Source: Paraspadella gotoi (taxonomy: Eukaryota > Animalia > Chaetognatha). From it: a stretch of 64,000 nucleotides of DNA. Where the stretch lies: assembly GCA_051294375.1 (NCBI GenBank), contig CM119269.1, forward strand, positions 22,431,808 through 22,495,807, given 5' to 3'. The position numbers were made by a program, and so were the translations under genes. Within the stretch, counting starts at the first letter, position 1, and every line of letters starts with the position of its first letter. The notes beneath the pieces were generated by a model, which saw only the letters and a list, made by a program, of their open reading frames with translations, made no database searches and had not been told where the DNA came from. This document shows positions 1 through 24,399 of the stretch, one piece after another.

Positions 1-245
1 TTTAGGGGGGAATGGGGGATCGATGTTAAAGGTTAATGGTTTGCTTTGGGCTTCGGTGGATTATAGTTCTTTAAGAAAAAGGGTCATTCAATTCAACTTC
101 AAAATAGGGCCAAATGGAGTACAAATTCAGAAAGCTGAGCTCATGGCGATTCCGAAAATGTATTTACTTTAAACATTTGATGCATTCTACCCCATTTTAT
201 ATCGGTTTTAATTATAATATAAAATATATATAAAATATATAATAT

Positions 246-470
246 GAAATATTTTCCACTTCATTGATAGGGAAGCCAGGTACTCTGGAGTGAATAAACG
301 AGACTGTGAGAGAGTCTTGATTGAAAGCTTGCAGGGACCTGCTATGTCATTATCTTGTAAGAGTGATGGAGGCCTTAAACCACCAAAGCCTGTCCAAAGT
401 CAGGGGCAAGATAGCTTATTTATTAAATGAATGGATAATTTTTATATTGGTTGTACCAATTTCATAAAAT
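246..470 (+). repeat. Interspersed repeat family A (SINE-like, ~230-300 bp)
   Basis: ccacttcattgatagggaagccaggtactct...ggttgtaccaatttcat recurs nearly identically at 27472-27730 (-), 30253-30700 (-, two copies), 57167-57398 (+) and 62349-62588 (+). Partial or diverged copies lie at ~25975-26062 and ~39370-39490. Confidence 0.9.
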
Positions 471-484
471 AAAAGAAACCTATC

Positions 485-758
485 TGAAGAGTTGCAGGTC
501 AAACGAAAAGGCCAATCCATCTGATATTTTTTATGAATTTTTTATTACTGAATTAGAAAAATGTAATAGAGAGACATTTTTTAAATTTCAACTTGTATCC
601 TTGAAAATGAAACGTTTTTAAACTTTAACCCTGAATTCTTTCTAACTGGAAAGCGTTTATCAAAATGTCTCTCTATTACATTTTTACAAATGTTTTTAAG
701 ATTGCTAATCAAATTTTTAATTCAATATTATTGCAGTCGTTTAGGCTGCAACTCTTCA
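485..758. mobile_element. MITE with ~22-bp terminal inverted repeats and an internal inverted repeat
   Basis: tgaagagttgcaggtcaaacga (485-506) pairs with tcgtttaggctgcaactcttca (737-758). Internal IR aaaaatgtaatagagagacatttt (~558-581) pairs with aaaatgtctctctattacattttt (~662-685). No ORF. Confidence 0.7.
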
Positions 759-1047
759 AATTCAGTGTAGATTCATTGTAGCTCGAATTTCTTTACCATC
801 TATTGGGGATGAGCATCGTTTCTAAACAACTCATGGTTTTATATCAAATTTGGTAGCGTTCGATAGACAATTGCAAACATTATCTACATGCATAATTTCA
901 TCATATCCGACAATCCGTTCAAAAGTAATCGCCAAAAAGCAATCGCAAAATCGCTCTTCAAACCGATCAACGTTTCCTTTAAAATCGAGCTCGTTTTGAT
1001 CCAACAAAGATTAGTACTATGCGTAGTACTAAGCTTTAGAACCGGCG

Positions 1048-1361
1048 CACAGTGAGATCCTGGGCCTGAATTTTTCAGAAAAATCCCTTTCAGTTAAAAA
1101 TAAATTTTTATTATACATGAATTATAAAAATATTTTTTTTTAAATTTATTTGAATATTAAAATAATTAAAATAAATTTTTTATAATTTTAAATAAATAAA
1201 ATAAAATTATTTTATAATAAAATATATATTATTATCAGATTATATAATAATAATAAAATAATAATAATAATAATAATTAATAATAATAATAATAATAAAA
1301 TAATTATAATTAAAAAATAAAATTAAAAAATAAAATATTTTTATTTTATTTATTATTATTA

Positions 1362-1394
<33 letters not shown>

Positions 1395-1717
1395 AATTAA
1401 AAAAATAAAATTTTTTAAAATTTATTATATTTAATATAATTATTATATTTTATTAAAATTTTATTTTAATCTTATATTTTTTAATTATATCATGATAAAA
1501 AAAACTCGCAGTTTAAAAAAATTAATTAATTTTATTGTAAAATATATTTTTTTATACATATATATAATATATAGTACTACCTTTCTCAGATTAAATAAAA
1601 AAATTTATTTTTAAAACTATAATTATATTTATATAAATATTTTTATATATTATATAATAATGTAAAAAAATTTAAAATTTATTTTTCTAGCATTTGGGAC
1701 TCACAAGCAACACTGTG
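1048..1717. mobile_element. Non-autonomous Transib/RAG-like DNA transposon (CACAGTG...CACTGTG termini)
   Basis: CACAGTG at 1048-1054 and CACTGTG at 1711-1717. Flanks cggcg (1043-1047) and cgacg (1718-1722) are a 4/5 match, consistent with a 5-bp GC-rich TSD. The interior is extremely AT-rich and non-coding. Confidence 0.6.
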
Positions 1718-2345
1718 CGACGATTTTTGTTTTAATAAGTTTTTATTGGACTTTTTTTAAATTTTGCATTATATTGAGAAAACGCTTTTGAATTAAGCCC
1801 GCGCTCTACCTGATTTGAATAGTAAAATCAATACAGTTTCTGTCAATTGTGTTCAAAATGGAAAAAAATGAAGGCTTGACTATGCAGTTTTCACCTAAAA
1901 AACCAGTTCATTTGATTGCTTTATCAAGCAATTAAGATTGCAAGAATTTTAATTTTGCTTTTTTTCATCATGTAGAGAAGACAATAAGGTTTCGGAAACT
2001 GTACTAATATGTATGATTTGGACTTTTTTACTCAAGAGCCAGGAGGTTTTCTTGGAATAGGGAAAAAACGACCTGACCAGTCTATTTAAATCCATTTTTG
2101 GGCATGATAAATTGGGAATTTCGATCGCGCTCTACCTCCATTGGCTTCCCAAGACGCCAAGCTTTCGAAATCTGCCCATATTGATATAATTTTTTTGGGC
2201 CGTGACTATGCAGTTTTGAATAGAAGTGAAATATAAAGGAATCTTGATCGGAGCTTCGATTCGAACGATGCTCATCTCTACATCTATTTAACTGAAAGAT
2301 TTGTTCATGACTGGAAAACCAACAGAGTAACAAGATTAATTGTTT

Positions 2346-4706
2346 AATTCTATCATGTAGTTCTTCCCACCAACAAGTGAGCATCTGCTCTGCAAACGCG
2401 ACATCTCCGAGAGAAAAACGAAAGAGGAAACCTCCTCTTCCCGCCTTCTCTTCCCCCTCCGTACGCTACCTCAGTACGCCGACACGAGTCTCCCGGCTTT
2501 TTACAAAATATATTTTGATTATTTTTTGAATAATTTTGCATATTTTTCGTTCCTTTTTTTTGGAGTTCAGAATACAGATATTCTTCGACACGTGGCTTTG
2601 AAGTTTCTCTTCACGGCCGCCATCTTTTTCGTCTTTGTTGTGCGTGGCTTCGGAGGGAAGAGCCTTGACTCGGCCCTTTCGCTTGCCCTCGACGCACCCT
2701 GCGCGGCTGCGGAGGAAGAGCCGCGACTCGCCCTTCGTTTGCCCACGGCGCTTAGTACGCTGCAGGGGGAAGAACCTTGTTTCGGCCCCTTGTTTGTCCA
2801 GTGCTCTCCGTTTTTTGGACTGAAGTGCGTGTTTCAACTCGACTACCCTCATGTCTCTTCCGCCGCCGCCTTCGCCGCCGCCTCCACGCCTCCACATCAG
2901 CCATTCCGGGCTTTTCTGGTCAGGCCGAAGTCATGCCCCTTCAGATGGAGGCAGTTCTCCAAATTAGCAACGCTCTTTCTAGCGTTCGTCGCGAATTTAG
3001 GGAGTTTCGCCGCTCGTCTCGTTCCGAATTGGAGAGTCTTCGGCGGTGAGTTCTTCTTTCTTTTCGTTTTTTGTTTTTCGCCTTTTTTTGGCGTACATTT
3101 TGGCGTACAGAGGGTTTTCCTCCTGTGCCCACCTAACTCGACTTTGTTTGTTTGTTTTTTGTCGGGCCTTCGCCTGGTCTTGTTACAGGCTCACTTGTTG
3201 GTGGGAAGAACTACATGATAGAATTTATGGTTCCAAATGGAACCGGGATTCTTCATGGTTTTCTTCCCACCAACAACCACCACCGTCCACCCCTGGCACC
3301 ACCGGTGGTGGAGGGCGGCTCAGGCTCGCTTGTCTTGTTTGGTGGGGTGTTTTTGGGTCTTTTTTTGAGACTGTCATTTTTCAATGATTTCTCTTTTTTC
3401 CCATGTACGTTTTCTTCATGGTTCTTGGACGCCTCTGTTCGCCATTTCGCTGTTCTTCGTCGGTCTTCGTTGTACGCCAGCGACTTAGTCTTCGCGTTCT
3501 TTGCGGCCTCTTCGGCGGCGGATCGGCCTTCACGCTCCGAGCGGGTGACTGCGTCACGCCTTCCTCGTCGAGCCCCATCTGCGCAAGTCGACGACGACGC
3601 CTCCGTTTCTGCTGCGGGGTTGGACAACTTCTTGTCTCGTCGTGCTTCTGTACAGCCTTCGGAGTGGGTCCTACAGCAGTGGAGGGTTTTGCGCAGAGTT
3701 GGCCAGGACGACGTTCTTTACCGTCGTGGGACGTTCTTTCCGCCTATACGCGTTTCCGGCGCTGGTCGGATGTCTCTTCGCCGGCGGATTTCGTCCTCCT
3801 GCTCAAGAGAGTTGCCTTGCCGCTCAGTTCGACGCCGTTCGGAAGGACTCCAAGACGACGCGCGCTTTCAAGGCTTTGAGCGCATCATGAGGGACGCCGG
3901 AGCGTCCGCTCATGCTGTCCTTTCTGTCGCTGACGCTCTCCGCCATGGTTGAGCCCTTCGCTCGGAGGGGCCCGGTGCAGTGGACGCAGGCCACCTTGAC
4001 GATCTTGCCAGCCTTGAGACGCCTCGTCGGGTTTGGCGGCGATTTTTGGCCTCTCCGAGTCTCGGCGCTTAGTTGTCGACGCTGCCCCTTCGGATCTAAG
4101 ACAGTTCTGTCCAGTTCTCCGCCCTCCACGTCGTTCTTTTTCGGAGACCGCTCCACAGACGTCATTCAAGCGTTCCATTCTTCGCTTCTCCGCTCCGGGG
4201 CGCCTCACTATTTGCGCCAGTTCTGTTAGCCGCAAGCATGGGCGTGGCAGTCCGCGTAATCCCGCTCGCCGTCCTACTGACCTCGCAAGTTTTCGCCGCC
4301 TCCCAAGCGTAGGGGCGGGACTGCCAGGGACGTCGACGCCAACTGATCGCCCGACAGCTCTTTCGGCCGTTGCTTCGTCCGGCCGTCAGTTTCTCCAGAC
4401 CGGTTTTCGTCCATGGACTGGTTCTTTTTGCGGTTTCTCATCCCCCCCTTCTACGACGTCCGGTCAAGTGGGGTGGCACGTCACCGGAAGTCTGCGCGGA
4501 TTCCCCCTCTTGGTTTGCTTGGTTACGAGTGATTCTGTCTCGTGTCGGCGTACTGAGGTAGCGTACGGGAGGGGGAAGAGAAGGCGGGGAAGAGGAGGTT
4601 TCCTCTTTCGTTTTTCTCTCGGAGATGTCGCGTTTGCAGAGCAGATGCTCACTTGTTGGTGGGGAAGAACCATGAAGAATCCCGGTTCCATTTGGAACCA
4701 TAAATT
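2346..4706 (+). mobile_element. Non-autonomous DIRS1-like retrotransposon (ITRs plus ICR, gag-like remnant, no RT/YR)
   Basis: Inverted terminal repeats 2346-2488 and 4539-4706 with unique outer extensions. ICR 3189-3275 is the reverse complement of the left end joined to that of the right end. Terminal extensions match the RT/YR-bearing element at 51992-57166. Confidence 0.88.
3189..3275 (+). other. Internal complementary region (ICR) of DIRS element 1
   Basis: gctcacttgttggtgggaagaactacatgatag-AATT-tatggttccaaatggaaccgggattcttcatgg is complementary to the left terminus (from 2346) and the right terminus (to 4706), the two halves sharing AATT. Confidence 0.9.
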
Positions 4707-4973
4707 CTCCCTTCTAAACTAACCCATACCGTGTTTTAACTTCATACCTAGAATTTTTTAACAAACAGATTGAAAAACAAATCTTTAAAAAATGTGCTTA
4801 CCCATTTAACCTTAACAATTTTGTTATTTACCCATTTAAAAAAATGATTAAAAACAGAATGTTTAAAAATAAATAAAAACTTATTTTTTTGTGATTACTG
4901 ATGATATAATGTATTTCTCGATATAATAGCTCTAATACATCAATGATTACGTATTGTTATGCTGAATGACCTT

Positions 4974-5220
4974 TCCTCTTAAATCGTTCCACCTCGCCAC
5001 ACTATTTCGGCCTTGGGCTTCATTGGATTATGGTTCTTTAAATCGTTCTGATGAGAGTTTATGTCCAACAGTTCCACCTTGCCACACTATCCAAATTTGG
5101 GCTTTGTGCTTCATTAGATTATGGTTCTTTAAATCGTTCCACTTCGCCACACTATTTGGGCTTTGGGCTTCATTGGATTATGGTTCTTTAAATTGTTCCG
5201 CCTCGCCACACTATCCAAAT
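4974..5220 (+). repeat. Degenerate tandem repeat (tggattatggttctttaaatcgttccac...ccacactat units)
   Basis: Three to four imperfect units of ~60-90 bp. A fragment of the same unit occurs at ~45-74. Confidence 0.7.
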
Positions 5221-5299
5221 TTAACTTTTTCCATATAGACTAGTACATATTTTTGTGATTTAAAGATAAATTCATTCGTCCAATTTTCATACTCTGGAA

Positions 5300-7114
5300 T
5301 CTCCGTCTGCAGTGCAGCGGATGACGACGACGACGATGAAGACGACGTAAATGTTGAGAGACTCGAACCACGAACTCCATCGGCGTTGAAGGCTGACGAA
5401 GCGATGCGGACCCTCGATTGCCGTGAGGATTAATCTTTTTTCTTTGGTTTTTTATTTTTCTTTTTTCTTTTCCTTTCAAAATCTGCTTCTTCCGTTTAAG
5501 TCGACGACGGCGACTGGGAAGACTCACTCATGGCCGTCCAGACCGTCGGCGCTTCGTCAGCCCGCGTCGGCACGAAGAGACCGACGCCGGGGATAACAAA
5601 GAAGCCGCGATTCGCGTCGGCGCCGTTTTCGACGCCGCGGCGCCGTAAGGGGCTGTCGGCGACGTCGAATTCGTCTTCGGCGCAGATGTCGATCTTTTCG
5701 CTGTCACCGTCGCCGGTCGGTGGAGGAGTTAAAAGGTTTTTTTTTAAATAATATAGTTTTTTGTCTAATTAGTTTTAAGTTATTATGTTTGTTTTAATTT
5801 AATTTTAAATATCGTTTTCAGTTTACGTCCCCCGTTCGCCGACGACTCCAGCGCCGTTTTGACCACTTGCTCCATCAACAGCGAGTGGGAGGGCGGTCGC
5901 GCCGACGGGCTCGTCGACGATAGCTTCTTCGGAATTCATTCGCGATTGAGTTCCGGTGAGATCGAGGTTTTTAATGATGGACGTGATGATTATCACTACT
6001 GACCCAGTGACTATTTCCTCCGCCCTCCTTTCCTACAACTAGTTTGGCGAGAGACAGCGGAGGAGAGTCGTGCTCGTTTCGAGGCCGAGCGGACGATTCT
6101 TTCCGAGGAGATTTCGGGCGTCGACGCCGACGACGTCTCCCTCACTTCCGGCTACGGGTCAGACTTCGTGGCTTTTCGATGCTTTAGTTGGTCGCTCCGT
6201 TTAACTTCCTTTTCTATTTCGCTCCAGCACGTCCTTATTCTTGTCGCTCCACGACTCTGTCCTCGACTCTCCGTCCAGCGATGCCTGCTCCATCGCTTCC
6301 GGAGAAGCGCTTTCCGGCGCCGGTCGGAGAGGCTCGTCTTCGCGACCCATTGAAGGTGCGTCGATGAAAGAGGACAATCTGTATTTGGAATCGCGGGCGA
6401 AAGTGGACGAGCGATTGGCGGAGGAGGCAGCGACATCTGCGGCCGCGGAAGCTTACCGTCGTTTACCCGGTGAATGGTTTGAGAGATTATGATTTAACAT
6501 AATTTAAGACCATTGAAAATTTGTAGCAGAGTGACTGTATTTCATATTATTAGATCGAGTTTCTTATCTAATTTGCATATTGTAGCAAGATATATTATTG
6601 TTATTATTTTTGAAATCGGTTTTCTTTCAAGTTGTCCTTTATTATTTTAAAGATCGTTTTAATTTGGATTAATCTTGATTTAGTTAGTTGCCGAACATAA
6701 GTTATTAGAACATTCCCACTTATAATTCAATTTGGGTATTTAATTACAATATCAGGGCTGAAGTACTTCGCTCCCCGCCACCACGAGGCCATCGCCCGAC
6801 GAGCGTCTCGTTGCTCCCTATTTTCGGTCTTCATGCAGAAAAGACGCGACTCTGTTCTCTTTAACTACATCGATCCTTTTTCGGTCAAGGTCAGTCATGC
6901 CCCCCTCGGTTGTCAATTTAATTAATTTAATCAAATTAAATCATTATTATCACATCAATATCAGGGCCAGCACCTCGTCCTCAAGATGCTGCTTTTGGTG
7001 GAGCCGACGATCGCTGGATGCGAAGAAGAAATGTTATCGGCGCTGAAGAGGAACTTGGCCTTGTTGGCCAACTTGCGGAAGAAGGCCGAGGGGGGAGTCG
7101 TCGCCGTGGGATGA
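5300..7114 (+). CDS. Uncharacterised multi-exon protein; 5' end not resolved
   Basis: GC-rich exons alternate with AT-rich GT-AG introns. The last exons splice to ...AEAYRRLP/GLKYFAPRHHEAIARRASRCSLFSVFMQKRRDSVLFNYIDPFSVK/GQHLVLKMLLLVEPTIAGCEEEMLSALKRNLALLANLRKKAEGGVVAVG* (stop 7112-7114). Family not recognised. Confidence 0.55.
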
Positions 7115-7464
7115 ATGAGAGAGAGAGAGGGAGAGAGAGTCTGGTTTTTTTTTTCCATTGCTATTGTAGTCTGTATCTTTTTATATACTTTGTATTACTT
7201 ATACGTCGAAAAATCGATTACTATATTTTACGAGCGAGATTAGATTAGTGTGTCTTTTTCATTGAGGAAAGTTGACTTTCCTGTGGCTGTCCAATTTTTT
7301 TCTTACCTTTTTTTTTGGAGGGAAATAATTTTTCCTAATTTCATGCAAATTATGTTTTGAAATGTTTCAAATGTTCTAAAATCAGGCGTTCAATTATATC
7401 ACCTTTTTTTCAGTTTTGAAATATTGTTTTATCAAACTCTTGACTTAAAAAGCAAATTAATAAA

Positions 7465-11691
<4,227 letters not shown>

Positions 11692-12253
11692 TCATCGTCA
11701 CGGGACTTATAATTTTTATAATAAAGTATTTAATTAAATAATTTATCTTTTTAAAACTTGCGCTCGTCTAGTCGAAACTCTCGCGATAATTTTAGTGACA
11801 CAAGAAAAAAAATCGTTTTTATTAGATCTTTTTTACAATTTGCAAACGAATTTACAGGTTTACATTCCTCATAGTATTTCCAATTTTACGTCCCCCATTT
11901 ATTTTAAAATGTTGGTCGCTCGGTCGGTCGGTCGGTTTGAAATTGTGTGTGCGTTTGCGCTTTTTTTTTTTGTTGGTTGATTGTGATCATTTTTAAACGT
12001 GCCTTTTTGCTCAGGTGGCTTTCATTATTCAAAGGTTTCTTCTTCCATATTTGGATGTGGAAAATCCTTCTTCTCGACCGGTTTTATATCCCGTTTTACG
12101 GTATTTTCCCTTTTATTTTTGATATTTTTAGCTCCTGTTTCCGCGAGAGAAACTTAAAGCGCGAATCCGTGCGAATGAATTAAAACCAAATCCCGAATTA
12201 AAACGACGCCGATCTCCAACGAAGAGAATAAACTTCTCTTTTTCCGCTCGACG

Positions 12254-12487
12254 ATGTTCTCCGACTTGATCCTCGCGGCGACGCTAATCCTCAACGCCGG
12301 CGCCGTCCTCAACTTTCGCCTCTCTAAGCGGCGCTCTGAAGCGGACGAGGCGTTCGGGGTCGAGCCGGCTTCTGCCTCCGGCGACCAATTCCGCAATCTG
12401 CTCGTCTCTCTTCGCGCCCTCAGAATCTTCATCGCCTTTTGGAACATTCTCGTCGGCTTCCTCATGATCACGATGTTCGGAGGATGA
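12254..12487 (+). CDS. SMIM7: Small integral membrane protein 7 (single coding exon)
   Basis: 77 aa with NAGAVLNFRL and SLRALRIFIAFWNI...MFGG, recognisable SMIM7 signature segments. Confidence 0.92.
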   Translation: MFSDLILAATLILNAGAVLNFRLSKRRSEADEAFGVEPASASGDQFRNLLVSLRALRIFIAFWNILVGFLMITMFGG

Positions 12488-12930
12488 AAGAAGGAGANNN
12501 NNNNNNNNNNNNNNNNNNNNNNNNNNNNNNNNNNNNNNNNNNNNNNNNNNNNNNNNNNNNNNNNNNNNNNNNNNNNNNNNNNNNNNNNNNNNNNNNNNNN
12601 NNNNNNNNNNNNNNNNNNNNNNNNNNNNNNNNNNNNNNNNTTGCTTTATTTTCGTCATTTCGTCATTTCGTCAGTTTGTTCCTGACACATCGAGTGTAGA
12701 ATTGGTTTGAGATTCCGAAAGGCCGAGGTCCTTGTGTTATTGACTCTATCTTGGGAAACGTTCTTCGAAATATCTACCTATGAAGCGACTCATTGTTTTC
12801 AACCTTCGTTCCTAAATTGTCTCAAGTTCTATGATGTTATTCGTGTTTATCTAAATTATGTATCTTTTTCAGCGCCGTTTTATTTTAAAACAAAAGCGCA
12901 TCTCGCGGGATCTTTCCCCAGCGTCCTTCG

Positions 12931-21923
<8,993 letters not shown>

Positions 21924-22475
21924 CTTTTTTCTATTTTTGTAAATTTTGTTTTGAAAATGAGTTGTACAAAAAAATATTCCTGAGTCGGACGAAAATATTT
22001 ACGCGGTTAGCAGAAAAATAAATAAGATAATTAATTGCTTATTAATTATTTGATTTAATTTCGCTGAACCTTGAATGTTTAACCCGAACCGAGGACGTTT
22101 GACTGAGTAGGTGGGCGTGGCAGACCCAAGAGATCGAGACTCCGACTCCGTCAAATTATATGTTCAGCGATGCAACGCCGGTTTCTGGCTACTCGACATT
22201 GCTACTGACGGCGTTTCATTTGTGTGGTTCTTGTATTTATAACCAAAATATGCACTTTCGAATCGGTCAGATGTTTTAAAAATATATTTATCTTCGCGAA
22301 AAGTATTAACTGTTTGAAAAAAAAAACAATGATTTATTTATTGACATTTTTCGACGACTTTTTACTCCGTCCGAAAAATTAAACCAAAAGTCTTAAATTA
22401 AAAAAAGAGAAAAAAAAACACTTAAATTTGGATCGAATTTCCGATCGAAATCGATCGATCGAACTTAAGTCGGCG

Positions 22476-23915
22476 ATGGAGCCTCGCGCCGATGGAGGAT
22501 CACCGGGGCCGCACGTCGCCGCCTCCGCCTCCGCAGCCGGCGCGGCAGGAGGCGAAAACGGCGCCCGCCCGAAGCTGGAATCCCCGTCTCGTCCCTGGCC
22601 GAACGAGCGAGAGGATTACGAGTTGAAGGAAGTCATAGGTGAGGGGGAGAGAGAGAGAGAGAGAATGTATTGAATGTATTGAATGTATAAAACAGATACG
22701 GCATATACGGCACATACGACATATAAGAGAGAAAGAAAGAAAGAAAGAAAAGAGAAAACCATGAGTTGGCAATCCTGAAATTCCTCAAGGGGCGGGGGCA
22801 ACGGCGATCGTGACGGCCGCCATCTGCAGGAAGAAAGACGCGCAACGCGTCGCCATCAAAAGGATCAACCTGGAAAAATGCACCACGAGTCTGGACGAAA
22901 TTTTGGTGAGGCTCTTATAGTTTGAAAAATAATAATTTGATTTATTAAAATTAATTGAATGTTTTGCTGCTAATTCTCCTGGAAGTATGGAAAGTCATGA
23001 TGCTTCCATTGTATTATTAATTATTATATTAATATATTTTAATACTTCCATTCTGCTTCCAAATACCAAAATACTTCATTTGTACTGCAACTGTACTACA
23101 AAAAATATTAAACTATTAGTAGGAAATACCGCAAATTTATTATCAATCCTAAAATCGTAAAATAGTTTCTTCTAGAAAAGCCTAATCAGAATAATATAAG
23201 CGGTAATACAATATGCAAATGAGATTAAAGAACCGGATATTATTTGAATCTCCACAGAAAGAAATCCACACGATGAAACAAGTTCGTCCAACGACGCTCG
23301 TCGACTACTACACCTCCTTCGTCGTCAAGGAGGAACTCTGGCTCGTCATGGCGCTCTTGGGCGGCGGTGAGGGATTCCTTATTAATTATTAATTAAATAT
23401 TATTTATATTTAATTAATGTTATTAATAATTTGGAAAAAAAAAAGGTTCCCTGCTCGATATAATCAAGCATCGCGATGAAGAAAGATTGCAAGAACGGAG
23501 TCCTCGACGAATACGTCATCGCCTCCGTCATCAAGGAAGTTTTGAAAGGTTTGCCTTCATGATCGCCTTCAATTCTCCGCTCCCCCCCCCCTTCGCCCCC
23601 TTCGCCTAGAAACGATGATACAATTTTCAAGTGACTTTTTTTCAACAGGTTTGGATTATTTCCACAACAGCGGTCAGATCCATCGAGACATCAAAGCGGG
23701 CAACATCCTCTTGGGCGAAGACGGTTCCATTCAAATCGCGGGTGAGAGAAAAGCTAAGGGTGGATCCCCCTTTTTTTCCTTCTTTCTCTCTAATTCGCTT
23801 TTTCTCTTAGTTTCTCTCTCTGTCTTTATCTCTCCAATTTTCTTACTTTTTCTCTCTGTAACTTTGTTACACTGTTTCCCTCTGTTTTTTTTTCCTCTTT
23901 GTATAACTCTCGCCA

Positions 23916-23979
<64 letters not shown>

Positions 23980-24367
23980 CCCCGCCCCTTCTTCGCCTCA
24001 CTCTCTCCCCCACCTCTTCCCCAGATTTCGGCGTGGCCTCATGGTGCGCGACCGGAAACGACGTCTCTCGCGCCAAATATCGAACGACGTTCGTGGGGAC
24101 GCCGTGTTGGATGGCGCCGGAAGTCATGGAGCAGGCGAGTCGAGACGGGCGACGACAGGCGTTGGGGGCCTGACGATGCAACTCTCCACCTGCAACCGAT
24201 TTTCTTATTCAAGATTAAAAAAAAAAGAAAGGATTTAGTAAATAAAAATAAGGAATTTGTGAAGTGAGTTTGTGTGCGTTTCTTTATATTTCTCTCTTTC
24301 TCTCTATTTCTGGGACTTTTTTTCGTTCGAAACCCAACATCACTTTTATTTTCGGCCGCGCAAGTCT

Positions 24368-24399
<32 letters not shown>

